Of a DNA stretch of 15,575 nucleotides, positions 1-7,676 are shown in pieces. The position numbers and the translations under genes were made by a program. The notes under the pieces are model-generated. The model was not told where the DNA came from. It searched no databases and saw nothing but the letters and a program-made list of their open reading frames with translations. Location: NCBI GenBank assembly GCA_051117555.1, contig JBNPEG010000125.1:1528-17102 (forward strand), in the 5' to 3' direction. Positions within the stretch are counted from its first letter, which is position 1, and every line of letters begins with the position of its first letter. The stretch is from Elainellaceae cyanobacterium. Its GTDB lineage: Bacteria > Cyanobacteriota > Cyanobacteriia > CAZCXK01.

Positions 1-73
1 ACAGATGGCTTTGGGTGACGTCAAAGGGACGCAATCCGGGAAATGGGTTGATGCGGGTTTGGGTGTTCACCAT
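1..73 (-). CDS. 5' end (partial, runs off the window) of a putative nSTAND1-type STAND NTPase
   Basis: My translation from the ATG at 73 is MVNTQTRINPFPGLRPFDVTQSHL(F..). This matches the 'NP(F/Y)PGLxxFxxxxxxxFFGR' motif that precedes the Walker A of nSTAND1/STAND NTPases. It is co-oriented downstream of the TIR gene and is not in the ORF track. The P-loop itself lies outside the window. Confidence 0.8.
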   Translation of the reverse strand, partial: MVNTQTRINPFPGLRPFDVTQSHL

Positions 74-130
74 GACGCGGTGCCTCGTGGGTTATTGCCT
101 GCCGGGATGGTTTGGGATGGGCGATCGGGT

Positions 131-259
131 GTTGGGGCGAAGCATTTCGCCCCAATGGATTGCACAAAACCGAAACGTTTCGGCGAAATGCTTCGCCCCT
201 ACCTCGCCCCAATGGATTGCACAAAACCGAAACGTTTCGGCGAAATGCTTCGCCCCTAC
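131..259. repeat. REP/REPIN-like palindromic element with a tandem 56-bp duplication
   Basis: Arm 131-151 GTTGGGGCGAAGCATTTCGCC pairs with 182-202 GGCGAAATGCTTCGCCCCTAC (1 mismatch; the reverse complement begins GTAG). Segment 147-202 is duplicated exactly at 204-259 (period 57). Internal palindrome CCGAAACGTTTCGG at 170-183. Confidence 0.85.
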
Positions 260-291
260 TACGGATGGGATGGTGTGATGTGGGGAATGCA

Positions 292-1815
292 TCATCTCTG
301 TCCTGCGATCGCCTGCTGGATCTGGGTGATAAACGGGTCTAAATCCGTGGGTGAAAACGCATCAAACTGCTTGATGACCCTTGCCTCTCGGGTACGAAAT
401 CGCTGCTTTTGCGGGGTCTGCTCTCCAGCGATATAAACCGCTTTCGCGTGCATCGGCACCGTGCGTCCCAAACCGGGGGCTTGCTGGATTTCTCGCAGCT
501 TGGTTCTCAGCCAGGTTTCGCTGCCCATGTTCCAGTAGATCAGCACGGCATCGCATTCGACTAGGCTGTCGTGGTGATAGCGACGCACGTCGGCTTCGTT
601 CCCGTCAAACACCGACTCAATCAGTTCACATTCCAGGTCATTGAAGAGATAGTCAGCGATCGGCTGAACCGTCAATTCATATGTTTCTAAATCACGCTGG
701 TCGTAGATCAGATAAACTCGCGTTGGATGGGCTTCGTCTGCTGCCACATCGGCTGACGGGTTGATCTTTCGATGGAGCGTATCTTGAATGAGGGTCTTAA
801 ACTCTTCCAATGGAGTTTGCAACAGTTCGGCATTGTCTTGCAAGGCGCGAATAAAGTCCTGCTGTCGAGCCTCGTTCGCATCCAGACCCACAGGCATCCA
901 CACCAGTCGTGAAAAATGAGAATGCTGATGCTGATGGGTGATGGCGAGTTGGTGCTGAAGCTCAACGATCGACTGCTCTGCTCCCTCAGGCACAATGCCA
1001 TAACGACTGCCAACGACATGAATCGATAGCCGACATTTCTCCATGTGCTCCATCACGGCGTCAGAAAATCTTGGCGAGTGGGGCAATGCCTCGTCAGGTA
1101 GCACCAAGTGTCCTCGCTGCTGTAGCTCACGCCGAATATTATCACGGGCATTCTGCAAATCAGAGGTTGTTTCAGCTAAATAGATCGGGAAACGATCGGA
1201 GTCGCGACTATCCGGCGCTTCTATAACGCTAGGCAGCGGAGCGTCATTGCCTGCTCGATTTTCTGTTTGATGCAGCAGTGTTAAGAGTTTATGGGCGTCA
1301 TAGGCGACGTCATACAGCTTCATCAGAAAGTTTTTCTCAGCCTCTGAGCCAAAAATGGGGTCAAACTCAATAGGTCGCCCTGCGGCATCAACCTGAAAAA
1401 ATTCATAGCCCAATAAGTCTTGCGTTTCAGGAGGATACTCATCGCGTTCAACTGGCGTTTTGATCACTTTGAACAGTCGTGACTTCTCGCCAATCTGTAA
1501 TCCTCCTGACTGTTGGGCTGCCTGGCAAAACTCTTGCAGCTCTCGCATACACCAGGTTGACTGTAAGTAGCGGGGCGAAAACACCGACACTAGCAGAGCA
1601 ACTTTGGGCAACCGCTGAACAATGGACGGTTCGAGATAGTCATTGCCCGCAATGCGCTTGGTGTCGAGCCAGATTTTCGGTTCCTTACCTCGCAATTGAG
1701 CCAATCGCAGTTTCAGACAATTATGAAAATGAGAAATCCAACCTTTCTGTCCGTCTGTCAGAGGTTGATTATCGATATGGGTGTAGCTGATAAAGATGTC
1801 GTCTTCGAAGGACAT
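292..1815 (-). CDS. Multi-domain TIR protein: N-terminal TIR (TIR_2-like), central DUF4062-like domain, C-terminal TIR/SEFIR-like domain
   Basis: TIR motifs DIFISY, IWLD and SPRYLQSTWCMREL (Glu codon at 1540-1542). Second domain IYLAETTSDL..R..IRREL..G / SIHVVGSRYG..P / SIVELQ resembles DUF4062. Third domain RVYLIYDQRD..CDAVLIYW..W. Start placed at ATG 1815 (MSFEDDIFISY) rather than the track's 1926; ATG 1848 is an alternative. Confidence 0.85.
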   Translation of the reverse strand: MSFEDDIFISYTHIDNQPLTDGQKGWISHFHNCLKLRLAQLRGKEPKIWLDTKRIAGNDYLEPSIVQRLPKVALLVSVFSPRYLQSTWCMRELQEFCQAAQQSGGLQIGEKSRLFKVIKTPVERDEYPPETQDLLGYEFFQVDAAGRPIEFDPIFGSEAEKNFLMKLYDVAYDAHKLLTLLHQTENRAGNDAPLPSVIEAPDSRDSDRFPIYLAETTSDLQNARDNIRRELQQRGHLVLPDEALPHSPRFSDAVMEHMEKCRLSIHVVGSRYGIVPEGAEQSIVELQHQLAITHQHQHSHFSRLVWMPVGLDANEARQQDFIRALQDNAELLQTPLEEFKTLIQDTLHRKINPSADVAADEAHPTRVYLIYDQRDLETYELTVQPIADYLFNDLECELIESVFDGNEADVRRYHHDSLVECDAVLIYWNMGSETWLRTKLREIQQAPGLGRTVPMHAKAVYIAGEQTPQKQRFRTREARVIKQFDAFSPTDLDPFITQIQQAIAGQR

Positions 1816-2058
1816 AGTGGGGGGACAGAGCAAGTCATCTATCTGCATGAAAGATGTCTCGCAGTTTCTCAACCATACCGAGATTTTGCTACGGACTTCA
1901 CGATAATGAAGCCCAAATCGGGGCAAATTCTTGATTTCTTAATAATGAAATTCACTCCAGGGGCGATCGCACGACTGGAGATAGCCGTTCGTCCAAAAAT
2001 GTATTAACGTCTTTATTAAGTTTCTTGACCTATTTCAGCCGATCCCACTCCGAAATTT

Positions 2059-2541
2059 ATGGACCTATCAATTCCTGAATCCATCAAACCCTATCTCAAT
2101 TTCATTCACCCCATCATCATGTGGGGGCTACTTGCGCTCACAATCTATGCGCTCTATTTAGGTATTCAGATTCGCCGCACCCGTAGTGCAGACAGCGACA
2201 AAAAGAAAGAACTGATCAAGGGTAGATTTAATATTCGGCATCATCAAGCCGGTTCAGCTCTGCTTGCCTTCATGGTGCTGGGCACGATTGGCGGCATGGC
2301 CGTGACATATATCAATAACGGCAAGCTCTTTGTCGGCCCCCATCTGCTAGTTGGCTTAGGGATGACCGGCTTAATTGCTACCTCTGCTTCTCTGACTCCC
2401 TTTATGCAGAAGGGGAAAGACTGGGCTCGATATACTCACATCGCCTTAAACGTCAGCTTAGTAGGGTTATTCGGTTGGCAAGCAGTATCCGGCATGGAAA
2501 TTGTCCAAAAAATACTCGACAAGATGATGAGTGCATCTTGA
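2059..2541 (+). CDS. DUF4079-family membrane protein (cytochrome b561-like His pattern)
   Basis: Four hydrophobic helices with HP, RHHQAG, GPHL and HIALN motifs, typical of cyanobacterial DUF4079 proteins. Confidence 0.8.
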   Translation: MDLSIPESIKPYLNFIHPIIMWGLLALTIYALYLGIQIRRTRSADSDKKKELIKGRFNIRHHQAGSALLAFMVLGTIGGMAVTYINNGKLFVGPHLLVGLGMTGLIATSASLTPFMQKGKDWARYTHIALNVSLVGLFGWQAVSGMEIVQKILDKMMSAS

Positions 2542-2550
2542 GTCACTGAC

Positions 2551-3339
2551 TCACTCAGCTTGACGAGACGCCGCCTGCTGTCCGGCATACATGGCTCGTA
2601 GCACAAGTGCCGGGTCAACCCAATTCCCCTGATACTTCAAGCCCCAGTGGAGGTGAGGCCCGGTTGTGCGTCCAGTCATGCCGACTCGACCTATTCGTGA
2701 TCCAGCGACTAGATCTTGACCTTCCCAAATTTGAACACCGGCATCTCGATCGACTAGATATTTAGCGCCATTTTGCGTTTCCACATGCCCGCGCATATGG
2801 CAATAAATATGCAGCCATTCGCCTGACTCAACCACGATTGAGGTGCCGCAGTTGCTGCCATCAGAGACTTCAACGACTTTCCCTGTCCACCAGTTGCGAA
2901 TATAGCTACCGTCGGGCGCAGCCATATCAAGTCCGTAGTGGAACTCTTGACGATAGGAACCATCTGGAGACTGGCGGTAGCCAAACGGAGACGTATACGC
3001 CTGAAAATCTTCGACCGGGAATGATGCCCCTGCCCAGACTGCCGTTGCTAGCTCATCCGAGTCCATTTCAGACACCTTTGGGTCTAGCCCATCGGTTTTT
3101 GGAGTGGCATCGATGGCTAGAGCGGACTGTTGCACATCTGCACTCAGCATCGGAGTCTCTGCTTGCTCAGAAATACTATCCGGCTTCACTTGAGTTTGCT
3201 CGGACGGAGTTGACGAAGGATTAGTCAGAATCTCCCGCGCGGTTACGACTTCATGCCGTAGCTCTAATGCGACTAAGCCAGACAGCCCCAGCGAAATCAG
3301 GAGGATGAGCCGTATTCGTAGCAATATTGTTCTATTCAT
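2551..3339 (-). CDS. M23 family metallopeptidase (peptidoglycan endopeptidase-like), exported
   Basis: N-terminal hydrophobic signal, YTSPFGYR, zinc motifs HYGLD (HxxxD) and GMTGRTTGPHLHW (HxH), C-terminal VDP. Confidence 0.92.
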   Translation of the reverse strand: MNRTILLRIRLILLISLGLSGLVALELRHEVVTAREILTNPSSTPSEQTQVKPDSISEQAETPMLSADVQQSALAIDATPKTDGLDPKVSEMDSDELATAVWAGASFPVEDFQAYTSPFGYRQSPDGSYRQEFHYGLDMAAPDGSYIRNWWTGKVVEVSDGSNCGTSIVVESGEWLHIYCHMRGHVETQNGAKYLVDRDAGVQIWEGQDLVAGSRIGRVGMTGRTTGPHLHWGLKYQGNWVDPALVLRAMYAGQQAASRQAE

Positions 3340-3546
3340 AACGACGAAGACTCTAGCAATGAATCGAGCAGATGGAGATAGCGCGAATTATTAATAAAGG
3401 GGTCGCCCTAAGCAGAGCAAATTAGTACTAGTCAAACATATTAGACGCTCTAGCCTCCGCCAATCTATCTCATTTTTATCAATTTTTTAACCCCAAAAAC
3501 GGGGCTGTTGCCAAATTTTCACCGCCCCGTACCCATCAGGAAATTT

Positions 3547-4050
3547 TCAGGCTCCCTTGCTGACCCATCCCGTATCGCTAAACAAGAGCGGAATGTTGTC
3601 TGCAATCGGATCGGGGACATCTTCTCCGCGCTTCATTGCCCAAAATTTGCTGAGGAAATGAATCTGACGCAAGCCCACAACCAAATTTAAACCTGGAATC
3701 AAAATCCACCAGACGATCAGAGGCTCTTTCAAACCTTCTTGCCGATAGAGCCGATTGACGGTGCGATATAGCTTGAACTGGATGATATAAATCCAGAGGA
3801 TGCCAAGCAAGGAAAACCAGCCAAACCAACCGGGCACATCTGGGTCGAATATTCGCAGTGCTTGCGGAACGGCGATGCCTAACACAAACGGGGCGAGGCA
3901 GAGGGTTCCTGACCAGCCATGACCGTCATAATCACGAAGTTCTTCCTGGATAATCCACTTATACCAGCCGTAGTAAAGCATAGCGGTGGCAACCGAGAAT
4001 AGAATCACGTGCCACATAGGCCGAGGTTTTCCAAGTGGGCGATCGCTCAT
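3547..4050 (-). CDS. Hypothetical membrane protein (DUF4234-like)
   Basis: R..W.VILFSV.T..LYYGWYKW...EEL pattern followed by 3-4 transmembrane segments; family call from motif recall only. Confidence 0.6.
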   Translation of the reverse strand: MSDRPLGKPRPMWHVILFSVATAMLYYGWYKWIIQEELRDYDGHGWSGTLCLAPFVLGIAVPQALRIFDPDVPGWFGWFSLLGILWIYIIQFKLYRTVNRLYRQEGLKEPLIVWWILIPGLNLVVGLRQIHFLSKFWAMKRGEDVPDPIADNIPLLFSDTGWVSKGA

Positions 4051-4343
4051 GAGAATTAGAAGATAGATAAATAGATAAAACGAAACTGTTGGGATTAAGC
4101 AAAACGCTATTTTATGTATTCTATTTATATTTCTTAATAAAGCAATCTACGACTGCGTCATCTGCAAACATAATATGGCGTGAAGCGCGATGCCTCCCTC
4201 TTACTCAAGCACGCGTCGCTTAAAACAAAGCATATCTCCTGACTCGGCACTCTAGAGAGCGTATGTTAATCTGTTGGGCAAGCGCATCGCTACTCTGTAG
4301 AAACTTAATTCATCAACACCCTCGTGAGGAGATTAGACGGCTT

Positions 4344-4781
4344 ATGTGTGTTGCATGTCTCACATTTTCAGCGTTAACCCTATTCACCCCAGTCAGTGAA
4401 GCTCCCCAAGTAGCTGACGTTCAGCAAACCGGTGCCCGCGAAATTGTCTTCACCCGCGCTGAAGCAATGCCGCTTGCCCAAGAAACCCAGTTGGCGATCG
4501 CCGAATTTTTAGACTACTTGCCCGCTGACCCTGAGTTAGCGTTGCTGCGAGATGGGCTTACCCAGTTAAGTGTTGCGTTAGAAACTGCCCAATCTGATGA
4601 GGAGGCTGAGCAGATGGTTGATGATCATCTCGACGCGCTCGAAGATGACGTGTTTGCCTCACCCAATAGTGAGCGCATCATCGCCGTATTGCGAGACATT
4701 GTCATTGGCGATAATCCACTCCAGGCTAGTCTCTTAGACCACATCAATAGTCGTTCTCATGCATTTCAGGCACACGCTTAA
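4344..4781 (+). CDS. Hypothetical acidic, helical, probably exported protein
   Basis: Long ORF. ATG 4344 (MCVACLTFSALTLF) gives a hydrophobic N-terminus and has GAGGAG at 4326-4331 upstream; the track start at 4263 is an alternative. Its stop overlaps the kinase stop (TTAA, 4778-4781). Confidence 0.6.
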   Translation: MCVACLTFSALTLFTPVSEAPQVADVQQTGAREIVFTRAEAMPLAQETQLAIAEFLDYLPADPELALLRDGLTQLSVALETAQSDEEAEQMVDDHLDALEDDVFASPNSERIIAVLRDIVIGDNPLQASLLDHINSRSHAFQAHA

Positions 4782-6613
4782 CGAATGGACTCGCGTTCAA
4801 CGATGATTAACGTTTCTAGATCAAATTGAGTCGATTGAGGGGAAGGCACCTGAGCCTTGGCGATCGCTCTGCTGCGTGGCAGGGTAACGATAAAGTGGGT
4901 TTGATTGGCGTCGCTATACACCCGAATCTTACCGCTGAGGCTATCGACTAGCTTTTGCACCAACGCCAGCCCCAGCCCCGTGCCTCCTTGTTTCCAGGGG
5001 TCAGCACTCGGAACCCGATAAAACTTCTCAAAGATATGAGGAATCTCTTTACTAGGGATTTCTACTCCAGAGTTGCTAATCGTAAAGCTCACCTGATCGG
5101 CATCCATGCTGACATGCACAGCAATTTGTTCGCCGGGGGGGGTGTACTTGCAGGCATTATGCAGAAGCTCTGTGAGAATCCGCCCGAGGCTGTCTCCATC
5201 GGACTCAATCATCAACGGTTCTGAACAATCCATCTGAACCGTGAGGTATTGACACCGATTCCGGGTGCGTGCCTCAAAAGGGTTCAAGAGCTGAGTTAGC
5301 CAGGCGCATAAATCGATTGAGCTAAGTTCGAGATCATGTTGCCTCTCGTCCAATCGCCTTAAATCAAGCAAATCCTCAATTAGATGAATTTCGCGCTGGC
5401 ATTCATTTTGTAGGATTTGTAGATATTGAGTCACCTTGTTTGTCAATCGTGATTGCGATTTAGAATTTAGCGTATTGCTAGATTGCAGTAATGATGACTG
5501 TCCTAGCGCCAGTTCTAACATGCGACTTGCGACCTTGATATTGGCAACCGGGGTTCGCAGTTCATGTGAGACTGTGCTTAAAAAGTCGTCTTTTAGCTGA
5601 TTGAGGCGGGTTAGTTCTTGCACTTGGGCATGTGCAGCCTGATAGAGGCGAGCTTGTCGAATGGCGATCGCACACTGATTCGCAACTTGTTGCACCAGTC
5701 GCAGTTCTAAATCTCGAAATCCATAATCCGGATCATTAATCAGCCATAAATCTCCCAATACGCCCTGATCGTCGATGATAGGGCAGGCAAGCATGGCCAC
5801 GCGTCCTCGGGCCGGGTTGGGCTGAATCGAACAATATTGAAAGTATTGACCGCCCAAAAGCTGTCTGTAGATTGGCGGAGAGTTTGCCATATTCATCACC
5901 CGCCCCTGCACTAATCCCGTTGAGTGGGCGTGTTCGTAACACACTGTCGCCGTGCCTGCTTGGAGATCGTATAAAGCCGTATTACAGGATTTGACCCCCA
6001 AGCCTTGTCCCAATTCTCGAATGGCAGCTTGAAGAATCTGTTCCTCGTCTAATGAATCTCGCACCTTATCAGTAATCCGCTTCAGCAGCGACTCAAACTC
6101 TAGCGCCTGCTGAAGCCTCTCGGCGGATTTGAGCAAATTTTCTTCAATCCGATGCCTCTCATCAATTTGCTTCTCCAATGCCTGATTTGCGGATTCTAAC
6201 TGAGCCGGGCTGGGCAATGCCAATGCTTTTGGCAACACTCGAATGATTTCAAGCCCAGTCATAATCGAAATCGCAGCCATCGCGGCTTTCGCCAAACCAG
6301 ATGCCCAATATACCGGCTTCCAGACCGTCAGACCTTCGAAACCATGAGTCGTGCCACAGCAGAATACAAACAGCCCAAATAGTAGAATCGTGCTCTGGAA
6401 GGGTACATCATCTCGTCGATAGAGAAAGGCAATAAGCATCCATGAGATGGCATAGCAGGCGATCGCAATCCAGAAATCAGACAGGACATGCAATGTGACT
6501 AGATGGGTTTGCCAAAGATATTGCCAAAGATATTGCCAGAGATATTGCCAGAGATAACAGTGGCCGTGAGAAACATCATGCGACGAGACAAGCCAATGAA
6601 ATAGACTGGGCAT
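4778..6613 (-). CDS. Ethylene-receptor-like membrane sensor histidine kinase (3-TM ethylene-binding-like domain, GAF, HisKA, HATPase)
   Basis: HGHCYLWQ..LHVLSDFWIAIA, FGLFVFCCGTTH and LPKALALPSP resemble the ETR1/Slr1212 ethylene-binding domain. GAF: ITDKVRDSLD...QCAIAIRQARLY. H-box FLSTVSHELRTP, N-box LLHNACKYT, F-box IFEKFYRV, G2 GTGLGL. Confidence 0.9.
   Translation of the reverse strand: MPSLFHWLVSSHDVSHGHCYLWQYLWQYLWQYLWQTHLVTLHVLSDFWIAIACYAISWMLIAFLYRRDDVPFQSTILLFGLFVFCCGTTHGFEGLTVWKPVYWASGLAKAAMAAISIMTGLEIIRVLPKALALPSPAQLESANQALEKQIDERHRIEENLLKSAERLQQALEFESLLKRITDKVRDSLDEEQILQAAIRELGQGLGVKSCNTALYDLQAGTATVCYEHAHSTGLVQGRVMNMANSPPIYRQLLGGQYFQYCSIQPNPARGRVAMLACPIIDDQGVLGDLWLINDPDYGFRDLELRLVQQVANQCAIAIRQARLYQAAHAQVQELTRLNQLKDDFLSTVSHELRTPVANIKVASRMLELALGQSSLLQSSNTLNSKSQSRLTNKVTQYLQILQNECQREIHLIEDLLDLRRLDERQHDLELSSIDLCAWLTQLLNPFEARTRNRCQYLTVQMDCSEPLMIESDGDSLGRILTELLHNACKYTPPGEQIAVHVSMDADQVSFTISNSGVEIPSKEIPHIFEKFYRVPSADPWKQGGTGLGLALVQKLVDSLSGKIRVYSDANQTHFIVTLPRSRAIAKAQVPSPQSTQFDLETLIIVERESIR
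6509..6556. repeat. In-frame 12-bp tandem repeat x4 encoding YLWQ x4
   Basis: TTGCCAAAGATA x2 followed by TTGCCAGAGATA x2. Confidence 0.97.
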
Positions 6614-6815
6614 TGAAGAATTTCCTAACCAAACACACTGGGTTACTCGTTAGTATTCCCACTGATGCGGAGAACCCGATATTCGAAGGTGTCCCCCAGA
6701 CTTGATATGAGCGACATTTACGCTTTCTTAATTCAAACTTTATATTTACTTGATGAAAAAACCAGAGGGCGATCGCCTGGACTGCATCCTCCGTTCATAT
6801 TTCAGCATTCGACCG

Positions 6816-7604
6816 TCATCCAGGGTCAATCGCCTCAATAAATCCCATTGTTCGTTCATACTGTTCCCAGTTCCCTTGAGATTGAAATAGCTCGGCGGCG
6901 TGCCGCAAATCGTCAAGCCCGCCCTGGCGATCGCCCAATTGCGCCCGCAAAATGCCTCGATTGCCATAGGCTTCTGCCATATTGGGATTAATTTCGATGG
7001 CTTGGGTGTAATCCGCTAAGGCATTATCACCTATCCCCAACTCGACATAGGCACGGGCTCGGTTGTAGTAAGCATCTGCATTAGTGGGATCAGCTTCGAT
7101 AGCTTGAGTAAAATCGGCTAGAGCGCGGTCAAAGTCTCCGACACCCGCATAGGTCACGCCTCGGTTGATGTATGCCTGAGCGTAGTTGGGATCAAGCTCG
7201 ATGGCGCGATCTAAATCGGCAACTGCGCCTTCTAAATCACCCAAATGGGTCAGAGCTTCTCCCCGGTTGTTGTACGCCATCGCACTAGTCGGATCGAGAC
7301 GAATAGCCTGATTAAAATCTGCGATCGCCCGGTTGAAATTTGCCAGATCATGGTGCACTAAGCCGCGATGAATATAGGCGTTGGTGTAATCAGGATTGGC
7401 AGCGATCGCGTCAGAATACGCGGCGATCGCGTCAGAATACTCGCCTCGTTCGGCGTGTTCTAAGCCTTCATTGAAGAACTCTAAGGCGGTTGAGGCGGCT
7501 ATATAATGCTGGGGCGGAGTCGCCTGCGCATTCGGGATGGTGAGGCATCCACCGATCATCGTAATCACCCCAATTGCTGACAGTGTTCTAAAAAATATGT
7601 ACAT
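6816..7604 (-). CDS. Exported tetratricopeptide repeat protein (about 6 TPRs)
   Basis: Repeated AYxNRG...G....A.AD...AI..(D/N)P units of about 34 aa. N-terminal signal peptide (possible lipobox IGGC, or AQA cleavage). Confidence 0.92.
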   Translation of the reverse strand: MYIFFRTLSAIGVITMIGGCLTIPNAQATPPQHYIAASTALEFFNEGLEHAERGEYSDAIAAYSDAIAANPDYTNAYIHRGLVHHDLANFNRAIADFNQAIRLDPTSAMAYNNRGEALTHLGDLEGAVADLDRAIELDPNYAQAYINRGVTYAGVGDFDRALADFTQAIEADPTNADAYYNRARAYVELGIGDNALADYTQAIEINPNMAEAYGNRGILRAQLGDRQGGLDDLRHAAELFQSQGNWEQYERTMGFIEAIDPG

Positions 7605-7676
7605 AGTTGAATAGCTTCCTTCAGCGCAAGCGATATTCTCAGTGTATGTACTCTTGAACTGTACGGAAGGATGATA

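Noticed and set aside
131..259. Possible CRISPR array (about 57-bp periodicity with palindromes)
   Set aside because: There are only two units, the would-be spacer is identical in both, and no cas genes are present. It is a tandem duplication of a REP-like element.
5..436. Track ORFs 5..436, 15..278, 21..224, 92..295 and 112..342
   Set aside because: They are read-throughs of the palindromic repeat and/or overlap the TIR and STAND-like genes, with no protein-like motifs.
1816..1926. N-terminal extension of the TIR ORF from the track start at 1926
   Set aside because: It uses a non-ATG start and has no domain-like sequence. The TIR beta-A strand begins right after ATG 1815.
2004..2025. ATTAACGT..ATTAAGTT as a Pho (SphR) box upstream of DUF4079
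   Set aside because: The period is 12 bp rather than 11, and the match to PyTTAAPyPy(T/A) is poor.
5620..6100. Kinase GAF as a cyanobacteriochrome (bilin-binding) domain
   Set aside because: No DxCF or CH chromophore-binding motif is visible.
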